The translations under genes were made by a program, and so were the position numbers. 64,000 bases of DNA from Podarcis muralis (lineage: Eukaryota). Positions 36,080 to 48,073 of the stretch are shown piece after piece. The stretch's first letter is position 1. Every line of letters starts with the position of its first letter. The stretch spans positions 105,896,001-105,960,000 of the forward strand of contig NC_135657.1 in assembly GCF_964188315.1 (NCBI RefSeq), read 5' to 3'. The notes beneath the pieces were generated by a model that was not told where the DNA came from, made no database searches, and worked only from the letters and a program-made list of their open reading frames with translations.

Positions 36080-38182
36080 TACATGGCTGAGGGTGGTGGT
36101 GGTGGGGGAATTGACTTAATAATAAATTTTTGACCAATCTGAATTTGAGAGGGTAATTTCACCAAACTTGCATAATCACCAGTTGAAAAGACCATGTCTC
36201 CAACAGGTGGCCAAAAAATCTTCCTCTTAAAAAAAAGTATGGGTTATTTTCCATTGATACATTAATTGAAGATAAGTCTTTTTTTAAAGTTCAAACAAGC
36301 AGAAGCATACTGATTTTTAGATATAAAATAAGTCATTGGAACAAACCAGTGACCATCATTATGCATCAATAAATTTTGCTCATGTAGTTCAGAAAAATAT
36401 TCGGATTATTTAAAACAAATATAATTGTTTTAAATGCACAGATATACTCTGTGTGACTCCCTGTGCTTTATTTCTTCAGACCCCTCATGGGAAGAATTTA
36501 TAATATCTGTGATTGACACACAGGCCAGCCAGCTTACACTTCAGGGCCTGCTGCTGGTAGTTGCCATTCTCCCTCCACAGGTATCCAGACAGGTAGCTGA
36601 TTCCTGACTATTCACAAAGGTCAGGATACAGCTCACATGAGTGTACATGCACTATGTAGGTAAGCTTTTCTGTCCTGTGTTACGTGATCTGCAGCAGATA
36701 CCAGCTATCAGGTGATGAATCTGACAGATCTGAACCATTTGGAGACAAAGAACAATTGAACCAAAGAGATTTCTTTAAAGGAGCTAACAGTTTCAAGCTT
36801 ATCAAAGGAAACACAAAAGGAGTGTTCAGTCTTATAATGTTTCTTTCACATAAACATTAAGTGCCATAGATTAGGGTGACATACTAATAGAGAATTGATA
36901 GGCACCCTGTCCATCGTAGAGAGCAAAAGGATTGCCCTCCCGATCTTGGCAGATGTCATCACAAGCAGTGTGTGTCCACAAAGCAGCCAGTCAACACCTA
37001 ACTTCAAACAGGTCTATTATCAAGAAAAGCCTTCCTTTGAAGATGGAGTGACATCCCATCGCTCATGGGGAGAAATATCCTCAGCATCCTTTGAAGTTTT
37101 CACTGTTTCATGCATGTACGTTTTATTAATGCTGCTGCAAATGTTGATTGGCTGTAAGTTGCTTTGATTATCTGCAAGGAAGGCAGGGTAAAAAATAATT
37201 TAAAATAAACAAGTGTGTATTCATTTACATAATGTTTAAATTCCCTGTGAGGGGGAATTCCATCTAAGAGTCTTTTAATCATCTTTAGACAGTGTAACCA
37301 TGATTGTTGACCCCCACTTTTGTTAGAATAAAGTTGAGTTTGTGTTGAGATAAAAGGTCAAAATGCCATAGATGGCCAGTGCAGTACCCTCCAGCTGTTG
37401 ACTACCTCCCATCAATCCCAATGGTCAGGGATGATGCGAGTTGAAATCCTATAGCACCTGGAGGGCACTATTTTGGCTACCCAACCGATGAAGATGATTA
37501 GAAGAGTTTGAATGGTGGCAACCTTTCCTTTTAACGCAAGGCCACAGCCATGTTCCCAGTGCATGTCCTGAATGCACATGATGAAGCTAGCAAGGCAGGG
37601 GCCTGGTCAGTATCTTGATGGGAGACCTGTATGTTTCTGTGAGTTCCATTATGAAATAAAGAAATGAAATAAGTAAGCTAGATACATAAATGTAGGAGTG
37701 ACTGCTTGAATCCTCTTGAGATTTTTCTCTGTGAATCCTGTGTGCAAAGCAGAGCAGTTTTGCAGACCCTTGCCCTCTATATTGGCTAGCATTCTTTTTA
37801 TACAGGCAACTCCTGTTTTAGGCGGAAACGATATGTGCACGGTCATGCACATGCTCACAGTGCTGCCCCTGGAAGTGACCTGGAAGTATCATAAAAATTT
37901 CACTGAAATGTCACTAAAAGTGCAGAACGGATGTGGGGCAGTGAGAGTCGAATGGGGTGCTTGCAGGCTTTTTCAACAAGTTTCCAAATTCACACAAGCA
38001 CGAAATGACCCGGAATGCAGCACCTGTGCAAACGGGGAGTTGCCTGTATTGCATTTTTATTTATAAGATAGAGAAATTAAGAACAATTATATTCAACACA
38101 AATTTTAGAGTTGATCACATTTTAAGGAGAGCCATGCTGCTCAATACTTCCAATAGAGGAAGTGGTTTACTTGGGTAAGTTT

Positions 38183-38645
38183 AGGTCCGTATACGAAAAG
38201 CTATGGTATTCCCAGTAGTGATGTATGGAAGTGAGAGCTGGACCATAAAGAAGGCTGATCACCGAAGAATTGATGCTTTTGAATTATGGTGCTGGAGGAG
38301 ACTCTTGAGAGTCCATGGACTGCAAGAAGATCAAACCTATCCATTCTGAAGGAAATCAGCCCTGAGTACTCACTGGAAGGACAGATTGTGAAGCTGAGGC
38401 TCCAATACTTTGGCCACCTCATGAGAAGAGAAGGCTCCCTGGAAAAGACCCTGATGTTGGGAAAGATGGATGTCACAAGGAGAAGGGGACGACAGAGGAC
38501 GGATGGTTGGACAGTGTTCTCGAAGCTACCAGCATGAGTTTGACCAAACTGCGGGAGGCAGTGAAAGACAGAAGTGCCTGGCGTGCTCTGGTCCATGGGG
38601 TCACGAAGAGTCAGACACGACTAAACGACTAAACAACAACAACAA
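38183..38645 (+). mobile_element. 5'-truncated BovB (RTE clade) LINE
   Basis: Frameshifted ORF end MVFPVVMYGSESWTIKKAD.RRIDAFELWCWRRLLRV/PWTARRSNLSILKEISPEYSLEGQ..KLRLQYFGHLMRR, followed by a gactaaac(aac)n tail. Confidence 0.92.
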
Positions 38646-39335
38646 TAGTGAGGTTGAACCCAGTAGACAAGCTGAGGTACTCGACACCAGCTACTCTGGC
38701 CTTATGCAGGAAGCCAGCAACATGGCAGATAGCAAGCCTGGGCTCATTGAGAATAAAATTAGTGAATGCTTTTATATGCATTTCATCAATGACCTAGTTT
38801 ACACATTTTCACTGTGGTTTAATGTGAATGAGCAGCACGCTAGTTCATGCTGTTCCACAGTTCCTGCTTCACTGCTTCCCCTGCTAACCTTTGTTCACAC
38901 TGGGGAGGAATTGGACTGGCTTTGGGTTATGTGGGATCCAGCACTTGTGATTTGTTTTCCCTACACAAACCATGATTGAGAAGCCAAGAAGCAAACTAAA
39001 AACACTGGTTTTGCACATAACATGAGGCTAGTCTCTAGTTTTCCCTGTTGCAGCAAATGATTAGCAGAGGGAAGAGCGAAGCACCCTGCTCATTTGCTTT
39101 AAACCTTGGTTTAAAATAAGCTGTGGTTGAGTGCAACATGCCAGCTAGGCCAAGTTTTGAGTAATTTGTGTTTTTGATATTCATAAATCCATTCTTATTC
39201 AGTGGACATGATGAAATATAATCTGTACATAGATCTGAGTAGGGGCTATTGTTGCCAGTACCAAAGTGTAGTGTTTAAAGAAGGTGTCCTTGGTTTAATT
39301 CTTAAGTCATTAAAATGCCATTAAATATTTTATAG

Positions 39336-39442
39336 GACTTAGTTTAGCAGCTTTTAAGAGGAACAAGAGGAAACTGGAATTGGCGGAAAAGGTGGAAACC
39401 GATATTTTTCAGTTGAAGAAAAGAAGACAATCAAGTGAAAAG
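39336..39442 (+). CDS. TASP1: TASP1 coding exon with bipartite NLS (R LSLAAFKRNKRKLELAEKVETDIFQLKKRRQSSEK)
   Basis: Acceptor ttttatag and donor AAG|gttggt; 107 nt. Both basic clusters (KRNKRK, KKRR) are present. Confidence 0.96.
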
Positions 39443-41147
39443 GTTGGTATCTGTTCAGAAAACTATTGGTCAACCTTAAATCACTACAGTGACAAGGACT
39501 GAAGTTTTTTTGGGAGTTCTTGTTGCTCTTGTGAATTGATAGTCAACACTATGTTGCAGTATTATTTATCATTATATTTTAATGGAAACAGGTGTGTGCA
39601 TGCAGGCATGCTTGCTTGTGTTTGATTTGTCCTTCCAGCAGTTTCCCCTTCTGGCTCATTGAAGGCTGCTTTGGAGAGTTCCATGGCCTTTGGGAGCAGC
39701 TTTATGGTGTATCTCTGTGTGAACATAACCTGCGTACAAAGGATAAACCACTTGTACTCATAGCCAATATGTCATAAGTAATCCCGCCCCCCGTCTTAGG
39801 GGAATATGAAAACAGAACTATCAAAGGAATCTACTATTGTTTGCAGAACAAATAAGTGTGCCTTACCATTATGATTTGTTTATATATTTTACTATTCATT
39901 TTCACTTTTTCAGAATGTGCATGACAAATACAAACATGAAAAGATAAATATCTGTTGAAAAAATTTCTCCAGTTTAAGATTTTGGTGAACATTTCTCACT
40001 TTAAAGCATTTTCTGTGGATCTGGAAGGGGATGAAATCTGTAATACCAGGTAGGTAAACATGTCTGGACATTTACCCAGCATTGACCTGGCCCAGAATGG
40101 TCCTCTATAGAAAAATCATAGCTGGGTTTTTTTCTTTACTAAGTGGTCATTTCAGCACTGTAGTTTTTGCCTGCTGCCAACTATATTTTGAATATAGTTT
40201 TGCTGTCAGTAATTAAAAAGGAAAAATGAGGTGTACTGTAGAACTTCTTGCTCTGTTTCTCCCTTTATGGAGAAACAAAAGCAAACAAAACAAAAAAAAC
40301 TATTCAAGTTACAGTAGCATATGTAAAAAATCATGTCTTTGGAGTATTGCTTACGTTTTATATCCAAAAAGACTAGGAGCCTTGAAAACATAAAACTAAG
40401 GAAAGAGGGATTTCAGTACAATTTATATATTAAAGGTCAAGTCAATGCTTACATATGCCAGTACATGGACTTACCAACCTGCTATTTGAGATTTGGAGGG
40501 TCTTTTGACAATACTTTAAGGCAGCAGTTCCAAACCCGTGTCCCTGTCCCCACAGACCACTTGAAATTTTCTGGGTGAGTCTTGGCTTACCATTACATGC
40601 AAATGGGACCAGTTTCCAGCAGAGCATGAAATAACTTCTGTTGCATTGCACTATAGCTTCTTTAGTGCTTAATAATTTTGAGTGTTCGTAAATTCATTTT
40701 TGCATAGTGAGATAATTATGTTCCAGTTATAATTTGGAAATTGAAGCCAGGTTTTAAAATTGCCTTGTGAACTCCATAGTAGTATATGTACTCTAACGCA
40801 AGCTGTTTATTATAAGTAACTGGATTCCAAATGTCTTTTGTTAACAGATTGAACGGTTCATTTTTAAAAAATGAATTGTTTAATTATTGTGTTAGATTTA
40901 CATTGTCTTCTTAAATATTTGAGATTTCTTTGACCAATGGAATTTCCCCTTCCTCTCCCCCTGCCTTATGACACTGGTGCAGGATTTGATCCACAGTTAC
41001 TCTTCTGCAAATGGAATGACTCCTTCTGTTCACAGAAGGAACTATAATCCGGTAGAGGCTGCCAGTTGGGGAAGGAAAAGATGTTTCTCTTTGTAGTCAA
41101 GTATGCCACCTTCCTTCCTGTTCTGTTGGGTCCCCCTACCCTCCAGA

Positions 41148-41501
41148 GGGACGCGGGTGGCGCTGTGGGTAAAACCTCAGCGCCTAGGACTTGCCGATCG
41201 CATGGTCGGCGGTTCAAATTCCCGCAGCGGGGTGCGCTCCCGTTGCTCGGTCCCAGCGCCTGCCAACCTAGCAGTTTGAAAACACCCCCGGGTGCAAGTA
41301 GATAAATAGGGACCAGCGGGAAGGTAAACGGCGTTCCGTGTGCTGCGCTGGCTCGCCAGATGCAGCTTGTCACGCTGGCCACGTGACCCGGAAGTGTCTG
41401 CGGACAGCGCTGGCTCCCGGCCTCTAGAGTGAGATGAGCGCACAACCCTAGAGTCTGTCAAGACTGGCCCGTACGGGCAGGGGTACCTTTACCTTTACCT
41501 T
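41148..41501 (+). mobile_element. Sauria SINE, divergent subfamily
   Basis: Same architecture as the other copies with block differences. 12-bp TSD TACCCTCCAGAG at 41137-41148 and 41502-41513. Confidence 0.9.
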
Positions 41502-43927
41502 TACCCTCCAGAGCAGGTTTCCGGGGTGGGGAGTGGGGTGGGTGGGCTGCAGAGGCGATGACAAATCAGTGAAAGTCTCTTGCCCCCCCCCATACTTCAC
41601 TGGAAGTGTCCCATGAATGGTATTCAGCTCATGAGAACTCAGAATTCAAGCCACAGTATTTTGTATGCTTTGTTCACGTGACAAGAATGAGAGAGAGGTG
41701 GTCATGCATGTGAAATAGCTGGGGGGGGGAGCATGGTAGTTTGCCTTTTAAATCTGCCTCTTTTATTTGACTTTTAAGGGTGAAGGTAAGATTGTATTGC
41801 TTGATTACTGTAGCTTGATTTTCTGTGGTGAGGTCCCCAAGGATCTTCAGGTGAAGAAGGGTGGTATCCAAAATCAATCATTTAATAATAAAATTATAAA
41901 GTTGTGTTGCATTTCCTATCTTTGTAATATTAAAATGGAAATGTTATATTATCTTACATCTTAACAACTGTTAACAAAATTCTGTTTGTGTAATAGGACT
42001 TTCTTAGCCCTCCTCTCTGTGCCTCCCCCCCAGCAGCTCCTGTTGGGGCCAGTGCAGGCATGGGCAAATGGAGTTGCCACTGAAATCCAGGCCGCTTTCC
42101 ACTCTTGCTAGGCACCTTGTTATCTAACCTATTATTATTATTATTACTTCCTGTGTGGTAGAGAGATAAGTTTGATGTTCAAGAGTGTGTCTTTTGCTCT
42201 GTTTTGGCATACACTAGATTAGCCATCTGTAGAGTTGATCTAAAGACTCCTCCATTAGCCTCATTAACTTTAATAGGGAGGCTGAATAACGTTTAGTAAC
42301 AATTACTGCTTTGGGCACATTCTGAAAATTATGCAAGTCTGTGTGATTAAAGAATTCTAAAAGGAGAGACCTCCTCTGCCCATGCTTTCAGTGCAATGTA
42401 GGTGAGCGAGTGTGTGATCCTGACTTTTTGCTATTGATTGTGAAGACAGAGCTTGTGGGTGATTAGGGTTAATTAATTGGCAATGGGTGTATTCTTTTGA
42501 ATGGAATGTCATTATGCCCACAAGCTATAAGAGCTTTAATCTCAGTTAATGGTTCTCAAATGTTTTCGTAATAAACCTTCTAACTTTTAAAAACCAGTTT
42601 GAGCCTCCCTCTGGCAAAATAGAACAGCTTAGTTTTACTGTTTTTTATTCTCACTTGGCATTAATGTCATTCAGATCAAAGGAAGAACTGTGGTGAGCCC
42701 TTTTGGAGTATTTTTGTTGTACTGAACTTAAAGTCTACCAAGTCCAGGGAATTGCCTGCTTGATTCTTTAACACAAGGATGAGGAACCTTTGGTCCTCAG
42801 GAGGTTGCTGGACTCTCATCATCCTTGACCATTGACCATGCTGGCTGGGGCTGATGAGAGCTGTAGCCAGACAACATCTGGAGAACCCACAGACTTTCCA
42901 CCTCTAACATTATTCAGCAGTGAGGGAGGTATACCTTGCTCTTCCCTGTGCATTAATTTGAATGGGGAACTTGGCATTGTATTGGCATTGTGGGAAGATC
43001 AGACAGGAAGTCTGGTTGACAAGTAAAGGGAAATAACTTTAATGGATAAGTTTCCTTTAGCCCCTGACAACAGCTATTGGATATTTGCTTTATTTTTTTA
43101 CACATTTTACACTACCGTTCATATTTAAGATATGGTGCCAGTATACAGCACAAAATAAATATAAAAGAACAATAAAATGTCAGATTTTTCTCATTTTAAA
43201 TTAGTAAAATCTGTAAATGCCTAGGTAAAGAAAAATAATAGCGATGATAGCCCCAGGTGAACCTTCTTATTTAATTTTTTTATTTCAACAATTTATATAC
43301 TTCTTAATTAGTTGTCTCTAAGACATGTACATCAAACTCCACAAATACAATAGAGGTAAAAAAAGAGATGCTGACTAAGTATCAGGAAGAACTTTGTGAC
43401 AGTCCATCTGTCATGAATGTTTTGGTTGAAACTCCTGCATTCTAGAGTGATTGGACTAGATGATTCTTTCAACTCTACAGCTCTATGATTCTATGTTTTT
43501 ATGATTCTATGATTAACATGCTTGCTGAAAGAAAAAGAAGAAGTCTTCAGTAGGTACTGGAAGTGCGATAGGGAAGAAGCTGAATGTCTGCATCTAAGCC
43601 ATGGGTTGCCACTAGGAGTGACTCCCCCAAAGACCTTGACGATTGGGCAGGGATGTAAAGGCAGCTATTCCCTAACTCTGGTGCCACTGCTGAAAAAGTC
43701 TGCTCCCTTCTATATTTTTATACCTTGGATAGAAGAGCTACATAGTAATTACCTTGGCATATGATTTTAAAGAATGGATATGGAATGGATCCAGGTTGAG
43801 TGAAGAGATAAAAATGGTCCCACGCTGTGTTGCTGGCTCTGTGAACCAGTCAGGTCTTCATCTATGGAGACATCAAAATACTGTCAAGTCTGTATGTTTT
43901 CAGTGTCTTTGTTTCCCTGTCACATAG

Positions 43928-44047
43928 GAGAATGACTCAGGAACACTGGATACCGTTGGAGCAGTTGTTGTTGACCAAGAAGGAAATGTCGCTGCTGCAG
44001 TGTCCAGTGGAGGCTTAGCCTTGAAGCACCCTGGACGAGTTGGTCAG
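43928..44047 (+). CDS. TASP1: TASP1 catalytic exon (ENDSGTLD/TVGAVVVDQEGNVAAAVSSGGLALKHPGRVGQ); D233 at 43949-43951, nucleophile T234 at 43952-43954
   Basis: Acceptor cacatag and donor CAG|gtaggt; 120 nt. Cumulative codon count places D/T at 233/234, the known taspase 1 autocleavage site. Confidence 0.98.
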
Positions 44048-44263
44048 GTAGGTCTTAGTAGGGCTTTCATGTTGAGTTGCATTTTACCCTAAGTGTTCCC
44101 AACTTGCTGTGAAAGAGAGAACTGGCTGGGTGACGTTCTTTACAACTTGGGAAAAGTAGTGTTTATGAGAAAGCTGTGATTTACGTGATAAATCATTGTA
44201 AGTGGGAGTCAGCCAAAAGCTTGATATCATAAGCAGAGTCATAATTTTGCGTATGGGTCTAGG

Positions 44264-44650
44264 TAAAAAAGAAAAGAAAAAGTAAAGGTAAAGGACCCCT
44301 GGCAGTTAAGTCCAGTTGCGAATGACTTTGGGGTTGCAGCACTCATCTCACTTTACTGGCCGAGGGAGCTGACGTTTGTCCGCAGACAGTTTTTCCGGGT
44401 CATGTGGTCAGCATGACTAAGCCGCTTCTGGCAAAACCAGAGCAGCGCACGGAAACGCTGTTTACCTTCCCGCTGGAGTGGTTCCTATTTATCTACTTGC
44501 ACTTTGACGTGCTTTCGAACTGCTAGGTTGGCAGGAGCTGAGACCAAGCAACGGGAGCTCACCCAGTTGCAGAGATTCGAACTGCGGACCTTCGGATTGG
44601 CAAGCCCTAGGCTCAGTGGTTTAGACTACAGCACCACCCGCAATCCGAGG
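44264..44650 (-). mobile_element. Sauria SINE (antisense to TASP1)
   Basis: Reverse complement of the family, with 13-bp TSD GTATGGGTCTAGG at 44251-44263 and 44651-44663. Confidence 0.92.
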
Positions 44651-45658
44651 GTATGGGTCTAGGGTACATAAAATACTGCTGATTTGCTGATTGAGATGTT
44701 CCACATTCCACTGCTGTCTGAAGTATGGTTGGTAGCTACATGGGACAGGGCTTTCTTGACCATAACACCCAGAGTTCCTCTTCTGGAAAGTATCCTGATA
44801 GCAGAACGCGCAGTTAAGATGGTCTCTGGCCCCTTCAGCATTGTCTTTTGTAATTAGAGTAAGTCAGGGCCCCACCTGCCCAGGAAGCTGGAAATAGGCT
44901 AGCAAAGCAGGGGGCAGGTCTTGCAGAATAGGAAATCTGAGAGACCAGCAGCAATGGTACCAATTTGTGTATTTTTTTTTTTTTAAAGCAGAAAAACCAC
45001 CTTCAACACATTATTGGTAATAGTATTCCAGGGCTCCCAATCTTCCACGTGTTAGGTCATTGCTTTATCTAACTAGATGTCCAGACTAGGAGCACAGAGA
45101 AGTGAAGGCAGCTGGGTGATGGTGGTGGAAGCTTCACACTGCTCCTTCAGCTACTTCACAGGCTTTTATCCTAGGAGTGACCAAGTGCCAAGAGTTCTTA
45201 CACTTTGCTTAGTCTCTTGATATGTGGCATTAGACTGATTTCTTGATTGCAGACATTATCTTGGACTGGAAGACTTTTTGTTGATATGTAACTACAGGTC
45301 ATAAACTTTTGGCCTGATCAGAGTGCCTCTAGGCAAATGGACACATGCACCCTAGACCATGCCATTTCATCGTCCAAGGAATGTTCTTTTCTTTTGATCT
45401 GATTGTTTTGCTTAAAGGCAAAGTCCTATTTATTTGAGAGCGCCATTAGCAGCTACAACTTACTTCCCCTCTTTGGCTCTTGCAGAGCCCACTTTTGTTC
45501 GAAATCATTTGCCTTTCTCATTCATACAGTTTATAATTCATTACATTTAAAATAGTAATAGTACAAAGTAGATCAAAACCTTCATAAAAATACTTGAGTG
45601 TATTGACAAAATTTTCAGATTCTGATTTTGCAAAATCATATCTGACTTATTGCAGAGT

Positions 45659-45888
45659 CAAAACAAAAAAAATTCCTTCCAGTAGCACCTTAAAGACCAA
45701 CTAAGTTAGTTCTTGGTATGAGCTTTCGTGTGCATGCACACTTCTTCAGATACAATCTGTGTATCTGAAGAAGTGTGCATGCACACGAAAGCTCATACCA
45801 AGAACTAACTTAGTTGGTCTTTAAGGTGCTACTGGAAGGAATTTTTTTTGTTTTGACTATGGCAGACCAACACGGCTACCCATCTGTA
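45659..45888. mobile_element. Penelope-like element remnant with inverted terminal duplication
   Basis: Perfect 99-bp inverted arms, a 30-nt unique tail (45859-45888), 14-bp TSD ACTTATTGCAGAGT (45645-45658 and 45889-45902), and a minimal hammerhead motif characteristic of PLE termini. Confidence 0.78.
45761..45798 (+). ncRNA. Minimal type I hammerhead ribozyme motif (mirror copy on - strand at 45716-45753)
   Basis: Stem I GTAT/ATAC, core CTGAAGA plus an extra A, stem II GTGTG-catg-CACAC, GAAA, palindromic AGCT stem III, and a UC cleavage site after 45794. Confidence 0.75.
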
Positions 45889-47085
45889 ACTTATTGCAGA
45901 GTGTGACACCTAAAACCACATTCAAATGGGTCTAGATAATTAGTACTATTTTTAGAGTTCCTGGAGCTGTCCAGCAATCAACTGCTTGAGCATCTTGCTC
46001 AAAAAGGGTATTTGTGATCGCCCTATAATGATCACATTTTTCAAGGTTTGGAGAGACCTCCTTTAGGAGTGGTCTCTTAACTTCTTATTTCAGGGTGCTA
46101 GGGATCACCCTCTTTCTCTCTAAGATATTTATCACTCCCTGGATCCAGTGTTCGAAATTCCCATTGTTCTAAGGCACATTTTGCCTTAGACAAGGAATTT
46201 CATTAGCGTGAGCTGTTTCTGAGCTCTGGGCACAGTACTGCACCTAAGAGTTCAGATTAAAACTGCAGAGTGCAAGGAAAGAGGACCTTCTTCTGCTTCC
46301 CCACTTCCAGCTACTCTCTGAAGACTGGAGAAGAGGCCCTCTTTTAAAAATTAGGCGGGTGGGCAGGGGAAGGACTAGAACATGTGAAAATCATAATTTA
46401 GCTGCAGTTCATTCATTTTCAGCTTTGTATTCTTGTTATAAAAAAGCATGCCTAGACATTCCCATAACCTAGGTTTAAGGTGCCATTTAGCTCCTAGCTT
46501 TCGTATCTCAGTTTCTAACACTGCCTGGAACCAGCTAGTTAATCCCCCTCTGCTAGCTGCATGAGGAGGGAAGGGCCAGCTAAGTGTTCTGGATACCTCC
46601 CTGGATTGAAGTGCTAAACTAGTGGCATCCATGTCAAGTTGAATGCAAAGTACTTAGCGAACATGTTGCAGCGTGCCCTTGAGGGTACTTTCACATTTCT
46701 ATGTAGGCCAAGCTGGAGAAACCCCCAGACCTCCTGGAAAAAGCACCACAGGATGGCATGCTGAAGAAGCAGTGATGACAGGGAAGTATGGTTTGTACAC
46801 TGTCTTCACCACTGTTACCATGTAGGCTTCATAATGGGCTCTTATCTGTATTCTATGGACCTAACATAGAATCATCCACCAGTTGCTTGCATTGGACTTG
46901 AGATCATTATGTCTAAAATGGGCTGTCAAATTGAATCACATGGATGAAAGACCTGATTATACAATTCTTACCAAAATAGAGGTATATGGCACCTTTAGCA
47001 GATGAACAAAGGAAATGATTCTTTACCCAAAAGTTTTACTTGGTGTAAAGGGGCAAATAGTTCTCTCTCTTTCTTCTTCTGCCAG

Positions 47086-47164
47086 GCAGCTCTTTACGGA
47101 TGTGGGTGCTGGGCTGAAAACTTGGGAATTCAGAACCCTTACTCTACAGCTGTGAGTACCTCAG
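47086..47164 (+). CDS. TASP1: TASP1 coding exon (AALYGCGCWAENLGIQNPYSTAVSTS G)
   Basis: Long pyrimidine tract ending gccag and donor G|gtattt; 79 nt. Confidence 0.97.
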
Positions 47165-47887
47165 GTATTTGCTGTTCTTACAAATATTTCACTGGAACTT
47201 AATTTCCTTCTATATACAGTTATTTGAAGTATATTCTTATGGATGAACCTATATGAAGTACTGGAATAGATTCTACTGTTTCCATTATCTTACTTATTCA
47301 GATTCACATTAATGGGAAGATGATGCTGTTACCATAATCATAAATGTGCAGATAAACTTTGATATATAGATACATGCAAAATGCAGAAAAAAATCATGCT
47401 TGATCCAGATTAAAGAACAAATAGTTATGAAACATTTATCTGTGCATTTAACAACATAAAACTAAATGATTAGTACTGCATGAGCAAACCTTGGACTTTT
47501 GTGCTCCCCCTTTGCTTCTTTTCCAGTGCAGCCATGAGAAGGAGATTGGAAGCTTACCTTTTCTGTATATCGCTTATTTCTGAACCCCAATTTAGTTAGC
47601 CTTGATTTAGTTGTAATTTTAAACCATGGTTTGAAGGTGGCTTTATCAAGATATGAGTACCAACAGCTCGTATTTTACACACACAAAAAGTGGGGAAAGA
47701 CACTGACTATACCAATGGTTCCTAATAAACTCATTTCAAAATTTGGAGGTGCTGTAATGGAAAATTAACTTTGGCTTTATCTTCCTTGCTATTGAGAAGT
47801 ACCAGTAACTTGTTTTAAGGAGCCACGTGGAATTTGTATTCTTTATGTAAGCATTAATACTTATGCGAAGAAAGGGGTGAGCGCTTG

Positions 47888-48073
47888 TCATATCTCGATG
47901 GGAATTCTATTCCGTAGAATAGGGGCAGCCACACTAAAAACGCTGTTCCAAGTTACTGCAGAGTGGGCTTCTGAGATCTTTGGAATTTGCAGGAGAAACT
48001 GCCCTGTAGGTTGCAGCAGTCTGCTTTGCATATGAGGGATAATGCAGTCTATATTGTTAGGAATCCTGAACAA
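47888..48073 (-). mobile_element. Decayed L2-like fragment
   Basis: Minus-strand translation SVFSVAAPILRNRIP resembles the L2 ORF2 C-terminus. Boundaries approximate. Confidence 0.4.

Noticed and set aside
38470-38979. 169-aa ORF
   Set aside because: An off-frame read-through of the BovB 3' end and (AAC)n tail into flanking DNA.
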